DNA from: Hypanus sabinus | Lineage: Eukaryota | DNA length: 64,000 bases | Direction of reading: 5' to 3' | Assembly: GCF_030144855.1 (NCBI RefSeq) | Contig: NC_082738.1 | Span: forward strand, 41,850,001 to 41,914,000 | Part shown: positions 38,234 through 50,350 of the stretch, piece by piece | How the letters are laid out: each line of letters begins with the position of its first letter | Numbering within the stretch: the first letter of the stretch is position 1 | The notes under the pieces: model-generated | Told to the model about the DNA's origin: nothing | What the model saw: only the letters and a program-made list of their open reading frames with translations | Database searches by the model: none | Program-made: the position numbers and the translations under genes

Positions 38234-38779
38234 TCAGTTGGGCTTTTGCCACGGGTTTACATAGGCTTCTTCCTCTAGCTCTATTTCCCTTTGTAGGAGT
38301 ACCTGAACAGGATCAGCTGGGGCCCCTGGTTGCATGACTTGTCTTGCCACCCGAGCTACTAGCTCCCGCAAGCAGGGGATCAGACATTGTAGCAGAAGGA
38401 GGACCATCAATCTCCCTCCTATAACCCTAAAGCGGTTCGCCACCAGCCTCCTGTCAACCATCCGTCCAGCCAGTCCCAATACCCCAGCGGCTTCCAGGTC
38501 TGTACCGGCACGTGGGCCAGTTTCCTTATTTTATCTGATATTTTTTGAACCACCTTTCCGTTGTCATCTATCTTTAAGCAGCAGTTGGTTAGATTAAACT
38601 TTCCACATACTCCTCCTTTTTGTTGTAGTCATAACATTTCTCGTTTACATGCGAGTGTGATACAAAGGACCCTGGAAAAAAACCGTCATGCCCACCCTTA
38701 CCATCGTCCTGCACTTATCACATCCCCCTTCAGCGCTTCTCAACAATAGCAGTATATACATTACAGTCCCAAAGTTCAT
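38234..38779 (-). pseudogene. env: Inner ERV env remnant (signal peptide fused to TM C-half)
   Basis: MNFGTVMYILLLLRSAEGGCDKC joined to [40 protein letters not shown], an ERV3/HERV-I-type CX6CC region. Confidence 0.85.
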
Positions 38780-41100
38780 TCTGTCCGTCTTTTGAGCTTT
38801 AGCACCATCGGGTCTTCTCCCTGGACGCAAGTCCATTCTGCACCTTCTTCGGGCTTTACGGGTCCCTTGATTCTCGCGGCGTGGGTCCACCCTTTTTCTT
38901 TTGTCCTTACTGCGGCTTCGGTGGTCAGTAGCACCTGGAATGGGCCTTCCCACTGCGGCTGTAACTTCTCTGGCTTCCAAGTCTTAATCAGGACCCAGTC
39001 ACCGGGCTGAGTTCGGTGGAGTGCGAAGTCCAGAGGTGGGGTTTGTGCGAGTAACCCCTTCCTGCGCAATTCTGCAAAAGAACGAGACAGTGCCTGTAAA
39101 TAGTCCCTTACAAAGACATCTCCCCCTTGCAGGGAAGGATAGCCCTCCACCTTGTTCCAATATGGAAGGCCAAACAACATTTCATAAGGGGATACTCCTA
39201 TATCTTTTCGAGGAGCCGTCGATATATAGTTCCTCGCCTTCAATTAGGGGAACTTCTTGTAGATCTTCCCTACTTTTTGTCTGAAGGTCTGTTAGCTCCA
39301 CGCAGTTATGCTCGGTTTCCTCCCCTGTTGATTCCCCGTATAAGAACTGTGCCGGGTTACAACTATTGTTCTTTTCAAAGCTTAAATCATCCCCGACCAT
39401 CAGAATGGTTTCGTATTTCAGTATGCGAGAGTCCGTCAACCACCGCTGAGCTTTTTGGGCTAAGAGGGTGCTAACGGAGTGCGGGGTATACACCGTCATT
39501 CGTCCCCCAAAGGTTAATTTCCGTGCTTCCTCTACTAGTACGGCTGCTGCCGCTACGGCTTGTATGCACGTCGGCCATCCCCGGGATACCGGGTCTAACA
39601 TTTTTGATAAAAAGGCCACAGGTTGCCGCTTTCCTCCTTTTTCTTGGGTTAGTACTCCTAACGCAGTTCCTTCATTGTTTGTTGCATACAGCTGAAAGGG
39701 CTTTTCCAGTGCTGGCAGTGTTAATACCGGGGCCCGAATTAGTTGCCCTTTTATTTTCCGGAACTTCTGTTCTTCTTCTTCGATCCAGCTGATTATTCCC
39801 CGGTCTTCCTTTGCCAATTTGTCGTACATAAACTTCACCAGGGAGGTATAATTCTCTATCCAAATCCGGCAATAGCCCACTAAGCCCAGAAATTGTCTTA
39901 TTTCCTTCTTTGTCCTGGGAAGCGGTATTTTAGTTATTCCCGCTATTCTTTCTGGGGTTATTTGGCGGTGCCCTTTACTGACTCTGTGTCCGAGATATGT
40001 TATTTCCTTCTCGACAAATTGCAGTTTCTTCTTGGACACCCGCAATCCTTTTTCTCCTAGGTAATTCAGGAGTCTTATAGTATCGTCTCGCACTACCTCC
40101 TCTGCTGGTCCCGATAGTAGTAGGTCATCGACATACTGTAATAGTTGGTTCTTTTCGGTACAATGGAATCCAGCCAATACTTGCTCCAGTACCTGTTCGA
40201 ATAGGTTTGGGGACTCCGTGAACCCTTGGGGCAAGACGGTCCACCGGAGTTGCTTCTTCCGCCCAGTGAAGGGATTTTCCCATTCAAATGCGAACATATC
40301 TCGGCTACCTTCCTCCAACGGGCAACTCCAAAAGGCATCTTTTAGATCTATCACACTGAACCATTCATGTTCAGGAGGTATTTTGCTCATTAATGTATAG
40401 GGGTTAGGCACTACCGGGTATCGTGTTTGGACTACCGCATTTAAGCCTCTCAGATGTTGAACCATTCGATATGTGCCGTCGGGCCTTCGGACCGGTAGGA
40501 TGGGGGTATTAAAGGGTGACATACATTCTTCCAGGAGTCCATCTGATACTAATGTCTCAATTACAGGTTGTAATCCCCTCCTCCCTTCCATGGCAATGGG
40601 ATATTGTCGTCTTCTCACCGGGCGGCTGTTTGGCAACAGGGTGATTTTCAGTGGGGTGATGTCCAGGCCGCCCCGATTACCTTCTTGATACCAGACACTG
40701 GCCTTTATTTCCTGATCATCCTTTTCAGTCATTACAACAGTTTCACCTGAATTTCACCTTGATATGGCATCGTCCCGATCCCTAGCAGTGCCTGCAAATC
40801 TCTTCCCAATAAGTTGAATCCGGCTGACGGAAGTAATAACACATCCTGGATACCTTCCCGGTCGTCGCATTTTATCTGTACATCTTCTATTATTGGGACC
40901 TGCATAGTTTTTCCTCCTATTCCGGAAACCCCAATGGTTTTGGTCCCAATCTTGGTTCCCGGAGGGGCTTGGATTATACTAGTTCTTTCAGCTCCTGAGT
41001 CGACCATGAAGGTTACTTCTGACCCTTGAGGACCTAATTTTAAATTTACCAGGGGTTCCTGCTTGTATCTCGTCCCCAAGGGTTGGGACCCCTGACACCC
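38776..41100 (-). pseudogene. pol: Inner ERV pro-pol; RT intact (516-aa ORF), most of RNase H and integrase deleted
   Basis: PR FMVDSGAERT...NLLGRD; RT DLKDAFW, LPQGFTESP, LLQYVDD; stops at RNase H YIDGSS and jumps to integrase C-terminus SPYEMLFG...WEGPFQVLLTT. Confidence 0.92.
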
Positions 41101-42586
41101 CTATTCTTCTTCCATGAGGGCATAAGCTCAGACTTCTTTTCGATATCTTGGGCACTCCCTCTTAAAGTGGCCTTCCTCATTGCAGTAAAAACATCGTGCC
41201 GCCCTCCTCATCCTCCTTCCCTCAGTACAGTCGCTTCTCTCTGGCCTTGCTTCCCTTTTCTCTTTGTTCTCTGAGTTTACTTGGCGGATGGTTTGAACCA
41301 TTACTTTCGCTGCCTTTTTCTGATTTTCCTCATCTCTCTGGACATAGACCTTTTGGGCCTGTCTAAGCAATTCACTTAGTGGTTTTTCGTTCCAATCTTC
41401 CTGTTTCTCAAGCTTCTTCCGGATGTCTTGCCATGCTTTTGATACAAATTCAATTCGTATGAATTGTTCCCCTACTGCCGAATTAGGGTCCACCCCCGCA
41501 TACTGTTGCACATTTTTCCGCACCCTATCGAGGAAGTCGGTTGGGCTCTCATCTTTCCCTTGGTAGTTTCCAAACGCCTTGGCAAAGTTGTGACCTTTTG
41601 GCACAGCCTCCCTTATTCCCTTAATGATGTACTCTCGCCACTGTCGCATATTGCGTCTTCCCTCTTCTGCTTGTTTGTCCCACTGTGGGTCGTTTACTGG
41701 AAATTTCTGGTCCCCCGGTAACTCATTCGGCTGTTCCCTTCCCCAAATTGATATTGCAGCTTGTCGTATCATTTGCCTCTCTTGTGCAGAAAATAGCGTT
41801 CCCATAATCGCATGCATTTCTTCCCAAGTGTAAACATTAGGTCCTAAGAATTGATCCAACTGTTCTGCCAGTCCCATTGGATCTTCTAATAAAGTTTTCA
41901 TATCTTTCTTAAATCCTCGTACTTCGGTACTTGTCAGAGGGACGTTTTCAAATCCTGTTCCTCCCCGTTCTCCTCCCATTGGAACCTCTCGAAGGGGACA
42001 CAGCTGTACCTCTTCCTTTTTTAATTCGTCTTTCTTTTTCTTATCTGCTCCTGTCACACTCCTTGTTTCGATCCTTGCTTTTGCTTTTTCCCTAACATCC
42101 CTCTCTTCCCTCTCCGGGTCTATTTCTTCTGTTTTTTCACTTTCTTCACGTCCTCCCTCTGCTCCCGCAAGGGGCGCAGAAGGCTGGACATAGGGAGGGG
42201 GTAAATGATCGAGTGGGTCCCACTTCCGCTCCCCTTTAATGCCCAATTTAAAACTCTTTGTTGTTACTCCTGGCCAGGGAGCCCAACAAAAAGCATAAGC
42301 AATTTCTTCCGGTTTTACATTTGGTTTTGAATTAACGTAAATGTTTAAGGCTTGTCGTACCCAATCCTCCTCAGACCCAAGCCGCGGCCACCAGACCGCA
42401 GGTTTTTCTATCGGCTGTTTCGACCAAATTAAACAGTACTGTATCATTTTTTTTCTTTTGTTTCCCTTTTAGTCTTCCACATCCCCAATTCTCAAACATT
42501 CTACCGAGGGGGCTATCAGGAGGAACCCCCGGGTATGGTCCCGGTCTCTCCGTTTCCTCTTTCTTTTTAGAGCCACCCCCTCCCAT
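41101..42586 (-). pseudogene. gag: Inner ERV gag
   Basis: Myristoylation-type MGGGGSKK start, PPPY and PSAP late domains, PLREVPMG capsid start, QGKDESPTDFLDRVR major homology region, CFYCNEEGHFKREC knuckle, EEE-TAG-GGG readthrough junction; one frameshift and one premature TGA. Confidence 0.92.
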
Positions 42587-43397
42587 CTTATTCCGCTCTT
42601 ACGTAATCCCGCACCCTTCTACTGCAACAGTAGGCACTTTACCCGGTGCGTCCCAAGGACTTTTATCAGGAGGACCCCCGGGTAGCGATCCCGGTCTTCT
42701 CCGTCCTTACTTATTCCCGCACCCTTCTACTATAATAGTAGGCACTTACCCGGTGCGTCCTGGGGACTTCCAGTACCAGGTACTGTCCCCTTCTCCCCGT
42801 TTACCGCTCTGCGCTGTCCAGATATCACTCGCTCAAGCCGCGTTGGAGCGACGAGCAAGGAGTCAGGGACCGCCAAACTCGGCGGGGTGCACCGTCTCCG
42901 ATGTCCTTCCTCGTGTCCACCGCGGCCGGAGTGTGGATCCCGGACGAGCCCCCACGTTGTCAGAAACACACTGAGTCTCAGCAATTTGCAGAACGGTAAA
43001 CTTTATTTTTCGAGTCTGCAGAGTCGGACCCAACCAGCTCCTGCTAGATTGAGTGCCGAATTACACTTTGCACAGTTTTTTATACCCTACTTGTTTACGA
43101 CTTTGTGAGTTGCACCCATGTGAGGTGCAGACATTCTTCCTTAATCTCATTACAAAATTACAAACGTGATTACCCTTTGGCCCACTTATCAGCCTCAGCG
43201 CATTAACACCGTTATTGTTCTACCGTTAAGCATGTCTTCCCGTTACCCGTATCGCTTCCTTAATCAGCAAGCTATTGTTTCATCCTGATTTTGCAATTTG
43301 GTTTATACGTTGCCCTGCAAGTTGCTTTGCACGTTCTTTCTGTGTCAGCACATTCTAAATGGATTCCTTAAGAATCATTTCTCTCAGTCGCCAATTA

Positions 43398-43840
43398 TGT
43401 CGTGGTTTTTCGTGCCTCACAAATGACCAGGAGACGCAGAAGATTCTTCAAGAAGGGTTAAACTTTAATTTGCAAATCAAAGCTGAGACAGTCATTGAGC
43501 TAGTTGCTGATTGCCCACCGATCCTCGGACACGGCATTTTTTTATAGCAAAATCCTGGTCCAGTTTCACACGTACATCCCATTGACTTAATCATGTTCCA
43601 ATCCACATCTCCCAGCCGTCTCTCACCAACACACCATTGTCTTCTACATTCTTAAGATTTCATACTTCAAAGCTGACGACATCTCTTAGCTACCTCTCAT
43701 TAACATATATTAACACACCATTGTCTTCTACATTCCTAGCATTTCATCTTGGGTACATGCATAGCAAACTGACTACATAGTTTTGGTTACACAGCAAATA
43801 ATACAAGTTTTATACTCCATAATATTTTTATACTCCAATA
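43398..43840 (-). repeat. Outer ERV 5' LTR
   Basis: Pairs with 26560-27004; followed on the minus strand by TAAT-TGGCGAC (start of the PBS); TATAAA and ATTAAA on the minus strand. Confidence 0.93.
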
Positions 43841-44179
43841 CCTTTTCATGTAAGCTCACAATCAACTCAAAAGGCAGAACTTTGCAGCAGTTTTTTGGAG
43901 TTTGATTACAATCAATCACTGAGCAGGATTCATTAGAAAGGGCGGATAAAAATAAAGAAGGCACAAGGAGAGCAGCCATTGTTGAGATGAAGGCCAGTCC
44001 TGATGAAGGTTCTAGGCCCAAAACATCCACTGTTTACTCTTTTCCATAGATACTGTCTGGCCTGTGAAGTCACTCCAGTACTTTGTCTATGTTGCTTGAC
44101 AATTGTTATGAGTGGTCCAATGTTGAAGTGGCTTAGGCAAGGTAAATATCTGATTTTTGTTTGTTTATTCTTCATTCCC

Positions 44180-45519
44180 TGACTGTTACGACAGTGCAGT
44201 GAGAATGGCTCCAGGGGCTGTGTTTTTTCTCTGTGTGAGATGTTGGAATTCTGGGAGACCTCCGGCTTCCTGGATAACCACATTTGCGCCATGTCATTGA
44301 GCCGAAGCTTCTCAGAGAATGTATTACAGAACTGGAGCTGCAGCTTGATGACCTTCAGCTCATACAGGAGACTGAGGAAGTTATAGATAAGAGCTACTGG
44401 GTGACTGTTAGGAGAAGGAAAGCAAATGGTCAATCAGTGCAGAGTACCCCTGAATAATAAGTATACCACTTTGGATACTATTGAGGGGGATGACCTGGGG
44501 GGAAGTGACTGGGTCTCTGGCACAGAGTCTGGTGCTTGGTTCAGTAGAGAAGTGTGATAGGAGATTCCATAATCTGAGGAACAAAGACACGATACTGTGG
44601 GTGCAGTTGAGACACCCAGATGGTATGTTGCCTGCCAGGTACCAGAGTCAGGAATGTCTTGGGTCTGGTCCATGGCTTTCAGAAGGGGGACAGTCAACAG
44701 TCAGAAGCCTTGGTACATATTGGCACCAATGACATAGGTAGGAAAGGTGAGGAGGTCCTGAAAGATTTTAGGAACTAGGTAGAAAGCTGGAAAACAGGGC
44801 CTCCAGGGTAGTAATCTTTGGATTGCTACCTGTGCCACGCACCACTGAGGACAAAAAGGATGGGTTACACCTAAACCCGAGGGGGTCCAATATCCATGCG
44901 GGCAGTTTTGCTGGAACTGTTGGGGAAGTGTTTAAACTAATTTAGCAGGGGAATAGGAACCGGAGTGATAGTACTGAGGATAGGGTAGTTTGTTTACAAA
45001 CAGAAGTAAAGTAGTGAGACTCCTAGGAAGGAGAGGCTGATGATAGGGCAAAATTGCAGTCAATGGGATGAATTGCAATGTAAAATGCGGACAAAATCGT
45101 AAAGGGTGAATACATGACTGAAGGTTTTGTATTTGATTGCGTGCAGTACACAGAAAAAGGTAGATGACCTTGTAGCGTAGTTACAGATCGGCATGTATGA
45201 CATTGTGGCTGAAAGAAGATTATAGCTGGGGGCTTAACATCCAAGGATACACATTGTATTGAAATGTTAGGCAGAAGGAGTGGCATGGTTCTGTTGGTTT
45301 AAGAAAAAAATGAAATCAAATCATTAGAAAGAAGTAAAAAGATCAGAAGGTGTTAAATTGTGGGTAGAGCCAAGAAACAGCATGGGTAAAAGGACCCTGT
45401 TAGTTATATTCACACCCCCAAACAGTTGCAAAGATGTGGTCTACAAATTACAACAGGAGATTAAAAAATGTGTCAAAAGGGTAATTTTACAATAGTCATG
45501 GAAGATTTTAATGTACAGG
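44180..45519 (+). mobile_element. CR1 LINE 5' portion (ORF1 esterase-like and endonuclease start), degenerate
   Basis: VCCLPGTRVRNV and VHIGTNDIG SGNH-like motifs; endonuclease IVMEDFN motif at ~45490. Confidence 0.7.
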
Positions 45520-45521
45520 TA

Positions 45522-45913
45522 CAGTTGAAGTTGGAAGTTTACATACACCTTAGCCAAATACATTTAAACTCAGTTTTTCACAATTCCTGACATTTAATCC
45601 TAGAAAACATTCCCTGTCTTAGGTCAGTTAGGATCACTACTTTATTTTAAGAATGTGAAATGTCAGAATAATAGTAGAGAGAATGATTGATTTCAGCTTT
45701 TATTTTTTTCATCACTTTCCCAGTGGGTCAAAAGTTCACATACACTTCGTTAGTATTTGGTAGCATTGCCTTTAAATTGTTTAACTTGGGTCAAACGTTT
45801 TCAGTAGCCTTCCACAAGCTTCTCACAATAAGTTGCTGGAATTTTGTTCCATTCCTCCAGACAGAACTGGTGTAACTGAGTCAGGTTTGTAGGTCTCCTT
45901 GCTTGCACACGCT
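45522..45913 (-). mobile_element. Sleeping Beauty/salmonid-type Tc1 right end (IR/DR plus transposase C-terminus)
   Basis: TA|CAGTTGAAGTTGGAAGTTTACATACACCTTAG outer DR; inner DR CCCAGTGGGTCAAAAGTTCACATACACT; minus-strand RRPTNLTQLHQFCLEEW...KRLTQVKQFKGNATKY*. Confidence 0.88.
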
Positions 45914-46465
45914 GTGTAAGACATTGGTGAGGCCTAATTTGGAGTATCGTGTGCAGTTTTGGTCACCTACCTACAGGAAAGATACAAATAAGTTTGAAAG
46001 AGTACAGAGGAAATTTACAAGGATGTCTAGTCTGGAGAACCTGAGTTATGTGGGAAGATTGAATAGGTTAGGACTTTATTCCTTGGAATGTAGAAGATTG
46101 AGGGGATATTTGACAGTTATACAAAATTGAGGATATAGATAGGATAAATGCAAGCAGGCTTCCATTGAGGTTGGGTGGGATTGCAACTAGAGGTCATGGG
46201 TTAAGGGTGAAAGCTGAAAAGTTTAAGAGGAACCGGACAGGAAATTTCTTCATTCAAGAGTCATGAGTGAGTGGAATGAGCTGTCAGTGCAAGTGGTGCA
46301 TGCGAGATTGATTTCAATATTTAAGAGAATTTTGGATCATTACATAGATGGTAGGGGTATGGAGGGCTATGGTCCCAGTGAAGGTTGATGAGAGTAGGCA
46401 GTTTAAATGGCTTGGAGTGGACTAGATGAGCTGAAAGGCTTGTTCTGTACTTTTCTATGACTCTA
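45914..46465 (+). mobile_element. CR1 LINE 3' fragment
   Basis: LCKTLVRPNLEYRVQFWSPTYRKD...LGLYSLECRRLRG; TTCTATGACTCTA tail. Confidence 0.8.
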
Positions 46466-46553
46466 AGCAGCACTTTAAAATGAATAGGTGTAGGGAGTGA
46501 AACAAAAAAAACTTCCAAGAAATTTGAATTGTCTGTAAAAAGGAAAATGGGTA

Positions 46554-48015
46554 CAATGCCTTACAAAAATATTCAGCCCCCACAACTGTTTTCATGTTTT
46601 ATTGTCTCATTTACTAAATTTAAAATATTTGAAGTAGGAATTTCTTGAGCTAATTTAAATATTGTGCATCATGTCAAATTAAAAGAAAAATTCCAAATCA
46701 TGCAATTTACTTAAAATTAAAAACCATAATTGAGGCCAAAAAAGTATTCATCCCCTTTTTAAGTATTATGCTAACTTTCCCCAAGTGCAATATACAGTAT
46801 TAACTTATCAACTCATTAATGCAGTAAATTTGAACCTGTGTTCAATGAATTTATATGAATAAATACCCCCTCTCTCTGTAAGGCCCAACAGCATCGTAGA
46901 GTTTCAACAGACCAAACCAAAATGAAAACAAAAGAGCATTCTAGGCAAGTCAGGGAAATGATAATAGAGAAGCACAAATCTGGGGAAGAAGACAAAACCA
47001 TTTCAAAGGCACTGAACATACCTCGGAGCTCCGTGCAGTCCATTGTGAAAAGGGGGGGGGGGAAATGAAACCACAGCCACGCTGCCTAGGTCAGGCCACC
47101 CCTCTAAACGTAGTCATCAGAAGAATGACACTTGTAAGAGAGTCTACTATGATGGCAAAGTGGAGATGCAGCTCACGGCTCCACAATCTCTAAGGCTTTG
47201 CACAAAAGCAGTATTTATGGAAGAGTGGCAAAGAAGGAGCCCTGGCTTTTAAAAAAAAACATCCTTGCCCAGACTTTGTAAAGTGTCACTTAGAATAAAC
47301 GGTAAAGACGTGGAAGAAGATCTTGTGGTCGGATGAGAATCTAATACTGTACATGAGCCAGGTAGCATTATGCTATGGGGATGCTTTTCAGCAGCAGGGT
47401 CAGGACTGATGGAAAGATGAATGCTGCTAAATATAGAGAGATCCTGGATAAAAACCTGCTAGCCTCAGCCAGAAAGCTTAAACAAGGGAGGAAGTTTGTC
47501 TTTCAGCAGGGCAATGATCCACTATCAATACAAACATGGAGTGGCTTCAAATAAAGAAAATTGATGTCCTTGAGTGGCCCAGTCAGAGTCCTGACCTTAA
47601 CCCGATCAAACATCTTCAGCAGAACCTCAAGATTGTTGTCCGTTACCACTCCCCAAATAATCAGGCACAGGTTGAGCTATTTTTCAAGGAGCAATGGGCA
47701 AACCTTGCTCCATAATGTTATGGAAAGCTAATAAAGACTTATTCAAAAATACTACTGGCTATAATAGCTGTGAGAGATGGTTCAACTAAGTACTGAGTAA
47801 AGGGCAAGGAATATTTTTGAGCTGCTGACATTTCAGTTTTTGAATTTTTAGTTTCTCATGCTTCACAATTTTCCATGTTTTGGGGCTCTACTGTGGAAAA
47901 AAAGGAGCACGTGATTCACAAATACAAATTCTCAGTGAAATTATGAAAATTTCTGGTTGTAGTACTTATTTATGTGAACAAAGAGTTGGGGGATGAATAC
48001 TTTTACATGGCACCG
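46554..48015 (+). mobile_element. Tc1-like (Passport-like) transposon, near full-length, degenerate
   Basis: TA-flanked TIRs CAATGCCTTACAAAAATATTCAGCCCCC...GGGGGATGAATACTTTTACATGGCACCG; transposase from 46922 MKTKEHSRQVREMIIEK; LWSDE, WPSQSPDLNPI and GSTKY* motifs. Confidence 0.85.
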
Positions 48016-50249
48016 TAATATAAAGAATATTTAGACATGGTGTAAGTGTTGAGGAATGGGGGTGAGATACTACCAATTTTGAAAGCTGCAAGGAATGTAG
48101 GTGCTACATTTATGATTGCTAAGGCCAGGGGTATGTCTATTCAAATCCACCGATGTCGCCAAGTTGTGCAGATTCTTTTAAAGCTGTATTGATTAGGGCA
48201 GTTGACTTGATTTCATCTAAATAGACCTCAGTAGGATCTTATCCATGATTACTTTTATCACAGCTGGAACACTTAAAATAAGGTTTCATGGGGGAGTCTG
48301 GTCCAAAAGGTTAGTGTAATCTTGGGTAAATTTGCAAATTGGTTTTGTAATTGAGGGTGTGAGTGGCAAGAGTTATGATGAAGAGTTGTTTTTGTAATGT
48401 GAAGTAAATTACAAGGAATGTGCTACAGGCATCAGTGTTGCTGTTCTATAAAGGACAGGTAGAAATATAGGAAGTTGACAAACTATGAAAGTTGGTGGTG
48501 TTAATAGGGTAAAGGATAGTTTATGTGATAGGGTGGTATTAATCAGTTGGTAGGATGGGAAGTACAATGATAGATGGAATTTAATACTGATAGGGAGGAC
48601 TATTAAGAGTAGGAGAGATACATTGAATGCTAGGGCCTTAGGAGCAGAAGGATTTCGTGAATTACATGTTTATGGATTCCTGAAGCTGTCAGCTGTAAGG
48701 TGGTTGAAAAAAAGGTAGGTAAGATACTTACCCAGCTAGGGCACAGACTGGGAGAGCAAGGAATTGATGGCGCAATTTAATAAAACGTTGGTTAAGACAT
48801 AGCTGGAGCACACTGTGCAGTCTGCAGTACAGGAAGGACTGAAGAGAATGCAGTGGAGATGTACGAGGGCGGCATCTGGGATGGCGTACTTCAGTTATTA
48901 AGGGCTGATCTGATAAGGACGAGATATTTTCAGTGCAGTGGAGGAATTTGTAGGGGTGGGAAGGGCGAGGGTAGTATATTGTTACATAAAATTATGGACG
49001 CCGTGAACAGTATGAGGCTTTTCCTCGTGGCAGAGGTATCATAAACTAAAGGACAGGTGTTTAGTGTGAGAAGTTACGAGGGAACCAGAAGATTTTTTTT
49101 AGACGAGGGGGATGTTGAAACCTTGAAGCACTACCTTTGTGAGTAGTAGAGACTGCTACTCTAACGTCATCTACATTTGGATCGCAATTCTCGCGTCTAA
49201 AGTGACGAGTCATGTGCTGGATCGAGCTAACGTGATTAATAAAGGTAAGGCTTTGGTGGGCAACATACACTTGACGGGCCGAAGAGCCTCGTTTATGCCG
49301 CATGACTAAAATCTCAAATAACAGAATAACTCTGGTGCAGATGAGTTACAAGATTCTGTGTTAGAAGTCATGGCATTTCATCCTGCATTGACCCTTTCTT
49401 TATACTAATGATAGTTCCACGCGAGTATTGTACAGTTTCGGGTTTCATAAACGTCTGACGTGATAACGCTTAAAGCGGCATTGTCCCTTCCAAAATATCC
49501 TACTAAATCTGTCTCCGTATGATCTTTATGCTTCTAGATATGTGGTTTATAAGTCTCAACTAATAATTAGAAATCAGAGTTACAATTCTTCCAAAGCACG
49601 GCCATTTTGATGTTCGCAACTTTTACAAATAGCATTCTGAACAATTTTAGAACATTCATTCTCAAGTGACTCTTGCTGACCTATTTCTAGTGCACTGCTA
49701 ACCATAGGTAGCAAAGAAAATAAGGCGGAACAAACTAAAGTCCCCAGAGAGTTGATGTTCCGAAGGGCTTGAAACGGTTGTGATGCTGCTTGCGCAATTA
49801 AGGAATTAAACAAGCAGCTAAATTTCGAGAGCCACGTATGGGAGCAGTGTATTCAGCATGGCAAAGCAACGCAGGGAATTCAAGGAGCAATCCAACTATA
49901 GCCATTCCTACAGAACAGCTCATTGCTGTCAGCAGCTTACTGAATTCTAGTAATTCAAAAGTAAGATTTGCCTATACTATTCACGATAATATTTGAACAG
50001 TTTGCCTTCCAGTAAATTACCAGGAATTAAAATATTCCAATGTGAAAACAATTTGTTCGCTATCAGCTAATCGTGACATCAATGAATCAAAATACTCCAA
50101 ACATTCGTCAAGCTTGCCTGATGTGTCATTAAAGCAGCTCATTGGTATTTCAAGTAACGCTGAGCTCCCACGGTTATTTTCAGCTCCGGCGTCCTGACCC
50201 CAACAATGCTGAGCCGAGTCTAGAATGGTCCGCTGCTCTATCCCTGCAA

Positions 50250-50256
50250 TATAAAA
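50250..50256 (+). promoter_or_regulatory. TATA box of HSP30-like gene A
   Basis: TATAAAA ~100 nt upstream of the ATG; imperfect HSE-like TCTAGAA ~25 bp upstream. Confidence 0.75.
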
Positions 50257-50350
50257 GGCGTGTGTTCAGAGAGCCTCGGCAGATCAGAAACCGAGATCCG
50301 CCACTTCACGCCAGCCGCCTTTGAGAGAAACGACTGAAGAAGCCGAGACG

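Larger units (their letters stand above)
37775..43386 (-). mobile_element. Inner endogenous retrovirus (gamma-like, HERV-I/ERV3-related), 5.6 kb, internally deleted
   Basis: 429-bp TG...CA LTRs at 37775-38203 and 42958-43386 (2 differences seen); 5-bp TSD GTCGC; tRNA-Pro PBS TGGGGGCTCGTCCGGGAT; PPT AAAAAGGGTGGA. Confidence 0.95.
26560..43840 (-). mobile_element. Outer endogenous retrovirus (class I, epsilon-like), full-length but mutated
   Basis: LTRs 43398-43840 (5') and 26560-27004 (3'); CCTT flanking duplication; PPT AAAGGGGGAA; split PBS TGGCGACCATGACAGGAC (tRNA-Arg-like); gag-pro-pol-env order on the minus strand. Confidence 0.93.

Noticed and set aside
50321-50350. ORF-track N-terminal extensions of the HSP genes (also 59335 and 57391)
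   Set aside because: They begin at TTG codons; the first ATGs in good context are at 50351, 59365 and 57355.
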